A stretch of 64,000 bases of DNA from Rickettsiales bacterium (GTDB lineage: Bacteria > Pseudomonadota > Alphaproteobacteria > Rs-D84). Shown in pieces: positions 1 to 8,622 of the stretch; positions within the stretch are counted from its first letter, which is position 1; every line of letters begins with the position of its first letter. Location of the stretch: positions 69,171-133,170 of the forward strand of contig JAITCH010000011.1 of assembly GCA_031283185.1 (NCBI GenBank), in the 5' to 3' direction. A program made the position numbers and the translations under genes. The notes below the pieces were generated by a model. That model did not search any database. It saw only the letters and a program-made list of their open reading frames with translations, and was not told the origin of the DNA.

Positions 1-453
1 CACAATACCCCACAGAATTCCAAACAAAGTCCAGCCAGTCGCACTTCGTAAATTCACCAGACAAAACGGCGTATATGTTCCCGCAATAAGGGCATAAATC
101 GCCACAGAATCCCATACCTCAAAGAAACTCTCACTCTTTTGCCCAATCATCGCGTGGCACATAGTTGATCCGAAATAAAGGGCAAACATAGTCGCGCCGA
201 ATATAGCCGTCGAAACCACCGCCCAAGGATCTTGCTTTAACACCGCAAACACCACAAGCAGGCACAGCCCCGCAATCGCAAGGCCAATTCCAATGCCGTG
301 CGTCAGCACATCCATTACCCATTCGGATTTGCTTGGTTCCCGTTCCCAGCGAAACAGCCCAGACGCCCGCAGGGCTCTAAGTAATAAATTCCCGCGCGGA
401 TTTTTCTTTATCGCCTTTAATTTTATCTTAACTTCTTTCCTAGTCTTTTTCAT
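1..453 (-). CDS. Hemolysin-III family (YqfA-like) channel protein; N-terminal ~150 aa visible, gene runs off the window start
   Basis: Minus-strand frame from ATG at 451-453 translates to MKKTRKEV...EWVMDVLTHGIGIGLAIAG...; the conserved TH-G-G block of the HlyIII family follows. Start overlaps the gltX stop as ATGA. Absent from the ORF track because no downstream stop falls inside the window. Confidence 0.55.
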   Translation of the reverse strand, partial: MKKTRKEVKIKLKAIKKNPRGNLLLRALRASGLFRWEREPSKSEWVMDVLTHGIGIGLAIAGLCLLVVFAVLKQDPWAVVSTAIFGATMFALYFGSTMCHAMIGQKSESFFEVWDSVAIYALIAGTYTPFCLVNLRSATGWTLFGILWGIV

Positions 454-2072
454 TTTAATCTCCTTTTCACCCTGTCCTCACCCATTACACTTATCATAGA
501 ATACAGATCTGGCGTCTGTTCCCGCCCGCTTAACGCGACCCGCAACGCCATAGCAACATCGCCATTTTTAACGCCCAGTTTTTCCGCGATTCCCTGCACT
601 TTTGCCCACCATTCATCCTTGGTATCCGCCGGATTATACACTGCCAAAAACTCTTTTGTTATTTCATTACCGGGCTGCGCCACAAATCCATCATCAAAGA
701 AAAACGCTATGTTTTCCAAAGTCTGTTTCCAAGTAATAAAGTCCTTACGAACCCGTTTCGGATTATCCCGCTCAATCCCCAATATAGATTTCAGATATTC
801 AATATCTTTCACAGCAGTTCCAAATTCATTCGCCCAATCCACCACGCGCTTGGTCAATTCATTCAACGGCAGTGTCGCAATAAATTCCTTTGCCCACCAT
901 TCCAATTTCTTCATATCAAAAAGCGCGCCGGACATCGGGATTTTCTTCGGTTTCAATTCCCAATCCCAAATGGTCGCCGCCTGCCCTTTGGCTTTCGCCT
1001 CTTCATAACCGCTGGACGCTATATTAAACAGATATTCCAACACCGCCTCTATCGGCCAGCCGTCCGCCACAAACCTTTCAACCGAAGCCTCCGGGTCTTT
1101 GCGCTTTGATAACTTCCTTTGTTTCCCCGTTTCATCATCAATTTTATCCAATGTCGAAGTATGAATATATCTTGGCGGATTCCAACCTAAAACTCCAAAC
1201 ATCTGAATGTGTTTGGGCAAACTACTTAACCATTCTTCGCCGCGAATTACCAATGTCGTCCGCATAAAGTGGTCGTCCACTATATGAGCAAAATGATAAG
1301 TCGGCAATCCGTCATCCGATTTAATCAGCACCACATCTTCATCATCTTCCGGGAAGGCAATAGATCCGCGCACCACATCTTTACAATAAATTTTCTTTGC
1401 CGGATCGCCTTCGGAATATAAACGAATGGTCGGCTTTTCACCAGCAAGCAATCTTTCCGCCACAACTTCGGGCATTATATTTCTATCCCGCGCCCACTGC
1501 CCATAAATCCCGGTCGGCAATCCCAAATTCTTTTGCTCGCTCCTTGTGAGTTCCATATCTTCGGCACTCATAAAGCAAGGGTAAGCCGCGCCGCGTTCCA
1601 ATAATTCGGAGGCAACGCTATGATAAATGTCTTTCCTTTCTGATTGCGAATACGGCGCGTAAGCACCAATCCCCGGCAAATAACCCTTATGCATTTTTTC
1701 CATTGCGGGCGCATATATGGACGAATAAGGGGCATACTCAATAAGCCCGGGCATTTCATCTGGCATCAGATCAAATTGTTTTGCTGAATTTAATATCAAA
1801 CTTACCGCGCCATCTACTTCGCGTTTCGTATCAGTATCTTCAATACGCAAAAAGAAAATACCGCCCGTCTGCTTTGCAATTTTCTTATCAATCAGCATTT
1901 GATACAGCCCGCCAATATGCATAAAGCCAGTCGGACTCGGCGCAAAGCGCGTAATCTCCGCCCCTTCCGCCAGCCCCCGCATCGGATACTTTTCTTCTAG
2001 TTCCGCAATGGAAAACTTCGGCGCGCCGCCCAGAATCTTTTCTATTAAATTTTTATCAAACCCGCTACGCAT
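450..2072 (-). CDS. gltX: Glutamate--tRNA ligase (class I). The first ~30 codons of the ORF may be upstream of the true start; alternative ATG at 1982.
   Basis: HIGH motif RFAPSPTGFMHIGG; KMSKS-type KLSKRK; HFAHIVDDH block typical of GluRS/GlnRS. Confidence 0.85.
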   Translation of the reverse strand: MRSGFDKNLIEKILGGAPKFSIAELEEKYPMRGLAEGAEITRFAPSPTGFMHIGGLYQMLIDKKIAKQTGGIFFLRIEDTDTKREVDGAVSLILNSAKQFDLMPDEMPGLIEYAPYSSIYAPAMEKMHKGYLPGIGAYAPYSQSERKDIYHSVASELLERGAAYPCFMSAEDMELTRSEQKNLGLPTGIYGQWARDRNIMPEVVAERLLAGEKPTIRLYSEGDPAKKIYCKDVVRGSIAFPEDDEDVVLIKSDDGLPTYHFAHIVDDHFMRTTLVIRGEEWLSSLPKHIQMFGVLGWNPPRYIHTSTLDKIDDETGKQRKLSKRKDPEASVERFVADGWPIEAVLEYLFNIASSGYEEAKAKGQAATIWDWELKPKKIPMSGALFDMKKLEWWAKEFIATLPLNELTKRVVDWANEFGTAVKDIEYLKSILGIERDNPKRVRKDFITWKQTLENIAFFFDDGFVAQPGNEITKEFLAVYNPADTKDEWWAKVQGIAEKLGVKNGDVAMALRVALSGREQTPDLYSMISVMGEDRVKRRLK

Positions 2073-2210
2073 TTTTATTTCGCCTTTAATGTTTTACACA
2101 AAAACTGCTCACACCCACCAGCCCAACGAAGAATTATTTTACTGGGCGGGTTGCTACGCAACCCGCTTAGATATTTGCATTATTATATCACCTGCGCTAG
2201 ACTTTGCAAT

Positions 2211-3026
2211 ATGGAACATCTAATTAGAACTTTCGGTAGAATACACGGCAAAAAACTATCCAAACATCAGCAAAATCTGATTGATAGCCTTTTGCCAAAT
2301 TTAATTCCCCGCCAAGGGTGGCGGGGTGGCGGCGCAGCCGACGGGGTGGTTCGAATCCTGGAAATCGGTTTCGGCGCGGGCGAGCATATAATCCACCTGC
2401 TCCAAAATCCGAACTTTCATATAACCGGCGCGGACCCCTTTATTAATGGCGTCGCATCCCTATTGTCTAAATTAATAAAAAATTCTCCTCCTGTGGAGGA
2501 GTCCCCGCGAAGCGGGGGAGGTGGGTCAAACCTTAATATCAAAACGCAGACCCACCCCGGCACGGCAGAGCCGTGCCACCCCTCCACCGGAGGGGAATTA
2601 TTAGATCGTCTCGCAATCCACCCAGGCGATGTCAGAGAACTTCTAATCAAAAACCCCGACATAAAATTTGACCTGATTTATATCCTACACCCCGACCCCT
2701 GGCCAAAAGCAAAGCACGAAAAACGCCGCCTGCTCCAATCCGAATTCCTTAATGTATTAGATGAGCATCTAAATGTCGGCGGTTTGATTATATTCGGAAC
2801 AGACCATACAGATTACTTTAACTGGGCAGAATCTCAAATATTAACTTCCGCATTTATAATGTTGAAACACGATTCGTTTTTTCCGCCCGCATCAGGGCTA
2901 AATACCCGCTATAAAGTAAAAAATAAATTCGGCAGTGAACGCCCGCTTTACGCAGTCCTTGCCCGCCGAACGGAAGATTTTCCCAGTCCAGACCGCTTGG
3001 CCAAACTTGATCTAACGCTTGCATAA
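2211..3026 (+). CDS. trmB: tRNA (guanine46-N7)-methyltransferase carrying an in-frame ~40-aa insertion encoded by a palindromic repeat element
   Basis: SAM-binding ILEIGFGAGEH and PDPWPKAKHEKRR motifs of TrmB. The likely start is MEHLIRTFGRIHGKK at 2211. Residues KNSPPVEESPRSGGGGSNLNIKTQTHPGTAEPCHPSTGGEL are encoded by repeat copy A1. Confidence 0.8.
   Translation: MEHLIRTFGRIHGKKLSKHQQNLIDSLLPNLIPRQGWRGGGAADGVVRILEIGFGAGEHIIHLLQNPNFHITGADPFINGVASLLSKLIKNSPPVEESPRSGGGGSNLNIKTQTHPGTAEPCHPSTGGELLDRLAIHPGDVRELLIKNPDIKFDLIYILHPDPWPKAKHEKRRLLQSEFLNVLDEHLNVGGLIIFGTDHTDYFNWAESQILTSAFIMLKHDSFFPPASGLNTRYKVKNKFGSERPLYAVLARRTEDFPSPDRLAKLDLTLA
2481..2599 (+). mobile_element. RPE-like nested palindromic element, family A copy 1, inserted in-frame in trmB
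   Basis: Termini aattctcctcc-N4-ggaggag and cccctcc-N4-ggaggggaatt with internal GC hairpins. Homologous copies lie at 7922, 14105, 26149, 33925 and 55634. Confidence 0.75.
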
Positions 3027-3334
3027 TTCGGCGCGACAAGCGGATAATCATCCGGCAAACTCCATTTCGCGCGATATGCTTCCGGCGATAAATTAAACTT
3101 CCTTTTCAGATAACGGCGCAGCATTTTGTGCTTTGTCCCATCCTCAAAGCACACTATATAATCGGGCTTAACCGAATCCTTTACCTCCACGGCAGTCAAC
3201 TGATGCGCCGCAACTTTTTTCAATGACGCAAACGCCTCGCGCACCACATCGTCTATATTCAGCGATGGATTTCCCGCGATTTTCGCCGCCGCTATGCTTG
3301 CCGCCGCCGCTAATAATTCATTATCTTTTGACAT
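2948..3334 (-). CDS. MucR/Ros-family transcriptional regulator with a degenerate C2H2 zinc finger
   Basis: C-terminal DYIVCFEDGTKHKMLRRYLKRKFNLSPEAYRAKWSLPDDYPLVAPNYASVRSSLAKRSGLG aligns with Ros/MucR YIVCLECGKKFK...HH...EEYREKWGLP.DYPMVAP.YAE.RS.LAK. The second Cys and both His are replaced. The 3' end overlaps the convergent trmB end. Confidence 0.65.
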   Translation of the reverse strand: MSKDNELLAAAASIAAAKIAGNPSLNIDDVVREAFASLKKVAAHQLTAVEVKDSVKPDYIVCFEDGTKHKMLRRYLKRKFNLSPEAYRAKWSLPDDYPLVAPNYASVRSSLAKRSGLGKSSVRRARTA

Positions 3335-3390
3335 TGAAACTTCTCCAAATTTAGGCTATTATAATAAACATAAAGTAAAAGACAAGTAAA

Positions 3391-4659
3391 ATGACAGAAA
3401 AATCAAATAAACCTCTTGCAGACCTTATGCGCCCAAGCGATATAGACGGCATAGTCGGTCAGAAACTTCTGCTCGGCGACAATGGCTTGGTGCGTCAAAT
3501 GGTCGCATCCAAACATCTCAGCAATATGATTTTATGGGGGCCTCCCGGCTGCGGGAAAACCACCCTCGCCCGCGCACTCGCCAAAACGACCGATATGGAA
3601 TTTATGCAGATGTCCGCAGTATTCTCCGGCACAGCGGACATTAAAAAAGCCGTCGAATCTGCAAAAATGCTCCGCGACATTGGACGCACGACGCTCCTCT
3701 TCATAGACGAAATCCACCGATTTAATAAGACTCAGCAAGACACCTTACTTCCCTATATAGAAGACGGCACGATTATATTTATCGGCGCGACTACCGAAAA
3801 CCCCAGTTTCAATCTGAATAACGCGCTTTTGTCGCGCTGCCATATCGGTGTGTTGGAACCGCTCGGCACCGAAGATTTATTAACGCTACTCAAACGCGCC
3901 GAAGAATTCCTCGGTAAAAAACTCCCCCTCACTAATGAGGCCAAAATCAAACTTGCCCAAATGGCTGACGGCGATGCTCGCTTTTTACTCAATACCGCCG
4001 AATATCTCGCCGCCGCAAAGTTCAATGAAGAATTGGACGCCGCCGCCTTGGTATCCGCCATCAACAAACGCGCACCCCTTTCCGACCGGGATGGGGACGA
4101 ACATTACAATTTAATCTCTGCAATACACAAATCACTCCGAGCATCAGACACTGATGCGGCATTATATTGGGCGGCAAGAATGCTAATATCCGGCCAAGAC
4201 CCACAATATATCTTCCGCCGCCTTTCCAACTTCGCAATGGAAGATGTCGGACTCGCCGACCCCAACGCCCTGGGCATAGTTTTAACCGCTTGGGAAACAT
4301 ATAAACGGATGGGCAGTCCAGAGGGCGACCTCGCCCTAACCCACGCCATCATCTATCTCGGCACCGCGCCAAAATCCACAGCCGGATATAATGCCAAAAA
4401 TGCAGCAATGCTTGCGGCGAAAAAATATGGCACATTAATGCCGCCAAAAAATATCCTTAACGCGCCGACAAAAATGATGAAGGGACTTGGCTATGGCAAA
4501 GATTATATTTACGAGCCTGAAACCGAATCAGGTTTTTCCGGCCAAAATTGCTTTCCAGAAAAAATGGGGAGACTTAGTTTTTACGAGCCACGCGAAATCG
4601 GCTTTGAACGAGAAATTAAAAAGAGAGTTGAATACTGGAACAAGTTAAGAAAGTCATAA
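3391..4659 (+). CDS. rarA: Replication-associated recombination protein A (AAA+ ATPase)
   Basis: Walker A GPPGCGKTTLA, LFIDEIHRFNK, MgsA C-terminal domain, 422 aa. Confidence 0.85.
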   Translation: MTEKSNKPLADLMRPSDIDGIVGQKLLLGDNGLVRQMVASKHLSNMILWGPPGCGKTTLARALAKTTDMEFMQMSAVFSGTADIKKAVESAKMLRDIGRTTLLFIDEIHRFNKTQQDTLLPYIEDGTIIFIGATTENPSFNLNNALLSRCHIGVLEPLGTEDLLTLLKRAEEFLGKKLPLTNEAKIKLAQMADGDARFLLNTAEYLAAAKFNEELDAAALVSAINKRAPLSDRDGDEHYNLISAIHKSLRASDTDAALYWAARMLISGQDPQYIFRRLSNFAMEDVGLADPNALGIVLTAWETYKRMGSPEGDLALTHAIIYLGTAPKSTAGYNAKNAAMLAAKKYGTLMPPKNILNAPTKMMKGLGYGKDYIYEPETESGFSGQNCFPEKMGRLSFYEPREIGFEREIKKRVEYWNKLRKS

Positions 4660-4662
4660 AAA

Positions 4663-4687
4663 ATTCCCCTCCGTTGGAGGGGAATTT
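4663..4687. terminator. Perfect inverted repeat aattcccctcc-gttg-gaggggaatt followed by a T-run; bidirectional terminator-like hairpin between rarA and the PAP2 gene. Same core as the family A termini.
   Basis: 11-bp perfect stem, 4-nt loop, flanked by AAAA and TTTTT. Confidence 0.5.
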
Positions 4688-4688
4688 T

Positions 4689-5369
4689 TTACCTTCCTTC
4701 ACCTTCCAATGCTGCGCGCTTGAAACTTACATAAACAACATCCGCAACTAACAATCCAATAAATGCGCCGAATAAAACATCGCTCGGGAAATGCGCGCCA
4801 ACTATAATTCGGCTAAGACCCAATAAACAAGCAAATGCCCACATAAATTTCTTCGTGGCAGGAAACATCAATCCAATCGCAACCAATGCAGCAAAGGTCG
4901 CAGACGCGTGCGTGCTGGGCATAGATCCCCAGGCATCGTCAAAAGAAAAATTGTTAAAACCCTTCCAATTCATACTTTCATAAAACGCAGGACGGAGCCT
5001 CCCAATCAAAACCTTTAATGTTTCCGATATTATGGTCGCCGATGCAACGCAACATAACACCACGGCAGACGCCGTCAAATATGCCGACCTACCATTGATT
5101 ATAAAGCGCGCCGCCGATCCGGCATTTTTACTAGAAATCCCGGTCGACCACAACTTAAACAGAAATGTGAAGAACGCCAACAACAGCCAGAAATTCGCCG
5201 CGCCAAACATAGTGAACACGCCCCAAAACCTGCCGTCCAAATTCCTCAGTAAATCCGACAGGGGATAATCCAAAAACTCTATCCCTAAGAATACCAACAA
5301 TGCTGCCGCCGCCGTTCCGATTAACAGACGAGGCGCAGACAGACGCGTATAATCATCAACTAGAAACAT
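4689..5369 (-). CDS. PAP2-family membrane phosphatase (undecaprenyl-diphosphatase / phosphatidylglycerophosphatase-like)
   Basis: PAP2 signature GRLRP ... SMPSTHAS ... SRIIVGAHFPSDV; multiple TM segments. Confidence 0.6.
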   Translation of the reverse strand: MFLVDDYTRLSAPRLLIGTAAAALLVFLGIEFLDYPLSDLLRNLDGRFWGVFTMFGAANFWLLLAFFTFLFKLWSTGISSKNAGSAARFIINGRSAYLTASAVVLCCVASATIISETLKVLIGRLRPAFYESMNWKGFNNFSFDDAWGSMPSTHASATFAALVAIGLMFPATKKFMWAFACLLGLSRIIVGAHFPSDVLFGAFIGLLVADVVYVSFKRAALEGEGR

Positions 5370-5371
5370 AT

Positions 5372-6238
5372 TTACACCTGCTTTCTTATATCAAAATTCC
5401 GCAGCAGAGAATTGGAAATCCAAATCGATGTCGCCGTCCCAAGCGCAATGGAAAACAGCATCGCAAGCGCGAATCCGCGCAATGTCTCTCCGCCCCAAAC
5501 AGCCATCGCAACCATCGCCAGCGCAGTGCTGATGGATGTCATCAATGTCCTCCGCAACATTTCATTCACCGATAAATCTATCAATTCATCATTCGGCATT
5601 TTACGATATTTAACGGCATTCTCCTGCACGCGATCGTAATTCACAACCTTGTCATTTACAGAATATCCCAATCCCATAAGTATAACGACTATCGCTACCT
5701 GATTAAACTCCAATCCCGTGATGGAAAAGAATCCGAACATCAAAAAGAATTCCACAAACAATGACAAGAACGCGCCAACCGCATAACCTCCGGCATAGCG
5801 AATCCAAATATATACCGCCATACCGATTAATGAAAACAGCACAGCAAGCAATCCAGACATAATCAATTCATCGCCGATACGCGGGCCCACAACCTGAACC
5901 TGCCGATATTCATATTCATCGCCCAATGATTTTTTAATCTCTGCAACTTTGGCATTCTGCGCCTCGTCAGTCGCATTATCCAATCCAACGCGAATCATAA
6001 CGGCATTCGTCCCGGATATACTTTGCAATTCCGGCTTCCAATCAGAAAGGCGAGTCCGCATTTCATCCATATGAACCAAGCCCGATTTCGGCGCGACTTC
6101 CATCAATATACCGCCCGTAAAATCTATGCCAAAGTTCAAGCTGCGAACCAGCAGACTTGCCACCGATATTAAAATCAGCGCGCCATAGACCATATACGCC
6201 AGCCGCCCATACTTCATAAACTTAAATTGTGTCGCCAT
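5372..6238 (-). CDS. secF: Protein translocase subunit SecF
   Basis: 288 aa, six-TM SecD/F-family C-terminal block, immediately downstream of secD in a yajC-secD-secF operon. Confidence 0.8.
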   Translation of the reverse strand: MATQFKFMKYGRLAYMVYGALILISVASLLVRSLNFGIDFTGGILMEVAPKSGLVHMDEMRTRLSDWKPELQSISGTNAVMIRVGLDNATDEAQNAKVAEIKKSLGDEYEYRQVQVVGPRIGDELIMSGLLAVLFSLIGMAVYIWIRYAGGYAVGAFLSLFVEFFLMFGFFSITGLEFNQVAIVVILMGLGYSVNDKVVNYDRVQENAVKYRKMPNDELIDLSVNEMLRRTLMTSISTALAMVAMAVWGGETLRGFALAMLFSIALGTATSIWISNSLLRNFDIRKQV

Positions 6239-6261
6239 AATTTTACCTTTCGCTGTTAAGT

Positions 6262-6318
6262 CCCCTTCGCGGGCGAAGGGGTGGACGCGAAGCGGACGGG
6301 GTAGTGGTAATTCCGTCC
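6262..6318. repeat. GC-rich hairpin repeat, family D (gtccccttcgc-ggcgaaggggtgga...gacggggtagtgg); second copy at 60290-60345
   Basis: Near-identical ~50-nt palindromic sequence at two loci. Confidence 0.5.
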
Positions 6319-6330
6319 GGCTCCGCTGTT

Positions 6331-7908
6331 TTAATTTGCTGCGCCGGACGAATTATCCTCTACCTTCGCATATCCAATCTTCTTATTCTTACCGCCCATA
6401 TACGCGTCAATTATCAAGCGCGATAACGGAATGCAAGTAAACAAGGTCGTAAATATACCAACCGATAACACCACAGCAAAGCCGCGCACAGGGCCCGATC
6501 CAAACTGGAACAGAACCAACGCGCAAATCAATGTGGTAAGATTCGCATCCAAAACCGTCTTGAACGCACGATTAAATCCAGAATCCACCGCGCGCAATGA
6601 ATTGGAACCAATGCGAATTTCATCCCTTATCCGCTCGAACGGCAAGATATTCGCATCCACCGCCATACCAAGGGTCAACACGATTCCCGCAATGCCCGGC
6701 AATGTCATAGTCGTGCCAAAGAACGAAAGCAGTCCAATCAGCATCGCCAAATTCACCATCAATACCAAGTCCGCAAGGATTCCAAACCGGCGATAAACTA
6801 TCAACATAAACAGCATAACAAATATTATGCCGAATAACGCCGCTATCTTTCCAGCCTTGATTGAATCTTCACCAAGTCCCGGGCCTATCGTCCTTTCTTC
6901 CACCACCACTAATGGCGCGGGCAATGCGCCCGACCGCAACAGAACCGCCAAATCTTTCGCCGCAGCAGCAGTAAAGCCGCCGGAAATCTGTCCGCGGCCG
7001 CCTACAATCGGCTCACGAATTACAGGCGCGCTTAATACCTGCCCGTCAAGAACTATGGCAAATCTTTCTTCCACATGCTCTGTTGTCAGGCGCGCAAATC
7101 TCCGTCCGCCCGCGCTATCAAACACCGTTGTTACAACCGGCTGATTATTCTGATCATATGACACTTGGGAATCGGTCAAACTTTCACCAGACACTTCCAC
7201 ATGAGAATAGACCGCAACCACCGATCCCGGGTCGTTCATATAAGGCAAAAAGTCCGTCCCGGCTGGCGCGCGGCGGCTCCGCTTTTGTTCATCTGACACC
7301 CGCTCATTGACCAAATGAAATGTCATTTTCGCAGTCTTGCCGATTAAGTCTTTTATCCGTTCGGGATTATCCACACCGGGAAGTTGCACCAAAATATATT
7401 CCGATCCCTGCCGCTGAATGGACGGCTCTTTGGTTCCAAGCGCATCAATACGGCGGCGAATAATTTCAATGGAACGCGAAATCGCATCATCCATTTTCTG
7501 CACTTTCGCGCGCGCCGACCATAAAACTTCCACTTTCGCGCCATCTGTTTTTATATCAACGGAGTCGCCAAATTCCGATTTAATGCGGCCTTTGGCGGAT
7601 GACACTTCACCCTTATCCCGAATGTTTAATGACACCACACCGGCTTTTTCTTTCAAGTCCGAAAACCTTATCAACCCTTTATCACGGCGGATCAGCGCGG
7701 AACGCACGCCATCATATAAAGATTGATTTTGATCTTTCTCCATTGACTTGGTATCAACCGCCAATAACAGGTGCGCGCCGCCTTTCAGGTCAAGCCCCAA
7801 CGCTAAGGACTTCATAAAGCCCGGGAAATCGGTAGATGGAAACATCGTTGGCAATGCCATCGCCACACCGAACAACGCCACAAAAATTATCAATATCTTT
7901 TTTAACAT
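6331..7908 (-). CDS. secD: Protein translocase subunit SecD
   Basis: 525 aa, N-terminal TM plus periplasmic domain and C-terminal six-TM block; sits between yajC and secF. Confidence 0.85.
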   Translation of the reverse strand: MLKKILIIFVALFGVAMALPTMFPSTDFPGFMKSLALGLDLKGGAHLLLAVDTKSMEKDQNQSLYDGVRSALIRRDKGLIRFSDLKEKAGVVSLNIRDKGEVSSAKGRIKSEFGDSVDIKTDGAKVEVLWSARAKVQKMDDAISRSIEIIRRRIDALGTKEPSIQRQGSEYILVQLPGVDNPERIKDLIGKTAKMTFHLVNERVSDEQKRSRRAPAGTDFLPYMNDPGSVVAVYSHVEVSGESLTDSQVSYDQNNQPVVTTVFDSAGGRRFARLTTEHVEERFAIVLDGQVLSAPVIREPIVGGRGQISGGFTAAAAKDLAVLLRSGALPAPLVVVEERTIGPGLGEDSIKAGKIAALFGIIFVMLFMLIVYRRFGILADLVLMVNLAMLIGLLSFFGTTMTLPGIAGIVLTLGMAVDANILPFERIRDEIRIGSNSLRAVDSGFNRAFKTVLDANLTTLICALVLFQFGSGPVRGFAVVLSVGIFTTLFTCIPLSRLIIDAYMGGKNKKIGYAKVEDNSSGAAN

Positions 7909-7921
7909 TTTTCTTCCTTAT

Positions 7922-8049
7922 TAATTCTCCTCCATTGGAGGAGTCCGGGCAAAGCCCGGGAGATGGTTTAGCCACATATCACCGCACTGCTCGCCTTAAT
8001 TTGGTTAAACCACCCCGCCCTTCGGGCACCCCTCCACCGGAGGGGAACT
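7922..8049. mobile_element. RPE-like palindromic element, family A copy 2, in the yajC-secD intergenic space (within the operon transcript; opposite orientation to the genes)
   Basis: aattctcctccattggaggag ... cccctccaccggaggggaa termini; internal hairpins tccgggcaaagcccggga and ggtttagccacatatc...gttaaacc. Confidence 0.7.
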
Positions 8050-8055
8050 TACATC

Positions 8056-8340
8056 CTACTTATCCAACCCAATAACACTTTGCCTTAAAACTTCAACCAC
8101 AACACCCTTGGTCAGTTCCACGGATATTTTGTCTTTGCCTAATTTTTTGATGTCGCCAATAAGGCCGCCAGCCACTATAACCCGGTCGCCGACTTTTAAT
8201 GCGCCTTGCATTTCAGCTGTTTCCTGCGCGCGTTTCCTGCCCGGTCTTATTATAAGGAACCATACGACTGCGAATAGCAGAACTATATTCAAGACCAAAC
8301 CCCAAGAATTAGGCTGCGCGACTTCATCCATATTAATCAC
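8056..8340 (-). CDS. yajC: Preprotein translocase subunit YajC
   Basis: ~90 aa, single TM VLNIVLLFAVVWFLIIRP followed by the conserved QGALKVGDRVIVAGGLIGDI block. Confidence 0.8.
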   Translation of the reverse strand: MINMDEVAQPNSWGLVLNIVLLFAVVWFLIIRPGRKRAQETAEMQGALKVGDRVIVAGGLIGDIKKLGKDKISVELTKGVVVEVLRQSVIGLDK

Positions 8341-8374
8341 CTTTATTTATAAGAGAATATAGGAAAAAAGCAAA

Positions 8375-8622
8375 AGCCAGTCAAGCACCCTTTTCCCGCC
8401 CCCGTTGCCGGGGGCATCCCGACCCTCATCCGAACATATTACAAAATTTTCTATGAAAATTTTGTCATTCCTTTGAGGTCGGGAATCTCAAATTGTAAAA
8501 TAATTATAGCGGGTGGGGGTCTCCTGACCCCCACCCGAACATTTTATCAACTTAACTCTTGCGCTTGCCTTAATCTGATAAAACTTTCGGGGCGGGGTCA
8601 GGAGACCCCGCCCCGCATTTAT
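8375..8622. repeat. Composite block of palindromic repeats: a gtcattcc...ggaatgac-type hairpin, a 30-nt motif shared with 53315, and a ~110-bp MITE-like unit with inverted termini gcgggtgggggtctcctgacccccacccg / cggggcggggtcaggagaccccgccccg
   Basis: Inverted and direct repeats read directly; caaaattttctatgaaaattttgtcattcc is repeated at 53313-53342. Confidence 0.55.

Noticed and set aside
619-1008. Antisense ORFs inside gltX (619-1008 plus strand, 1568-1759 minus strand) and the many 60-170-aa ORFs antisense to large genes (for example 6431-7310 in secD, 9224-10221 in the Cys-rich gene, 17152-18527 in addB, 23107-23803 in ftsA-rpe, 30564-32867 in gyrA, 35000-36085 in leuS, 46428-47453 in virB4, 56494-57237 in dnaG)
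   Set aside because: Shadow ORFs opposite well-supported genes with biased, low-complexity amino-acid composition; no motifs.
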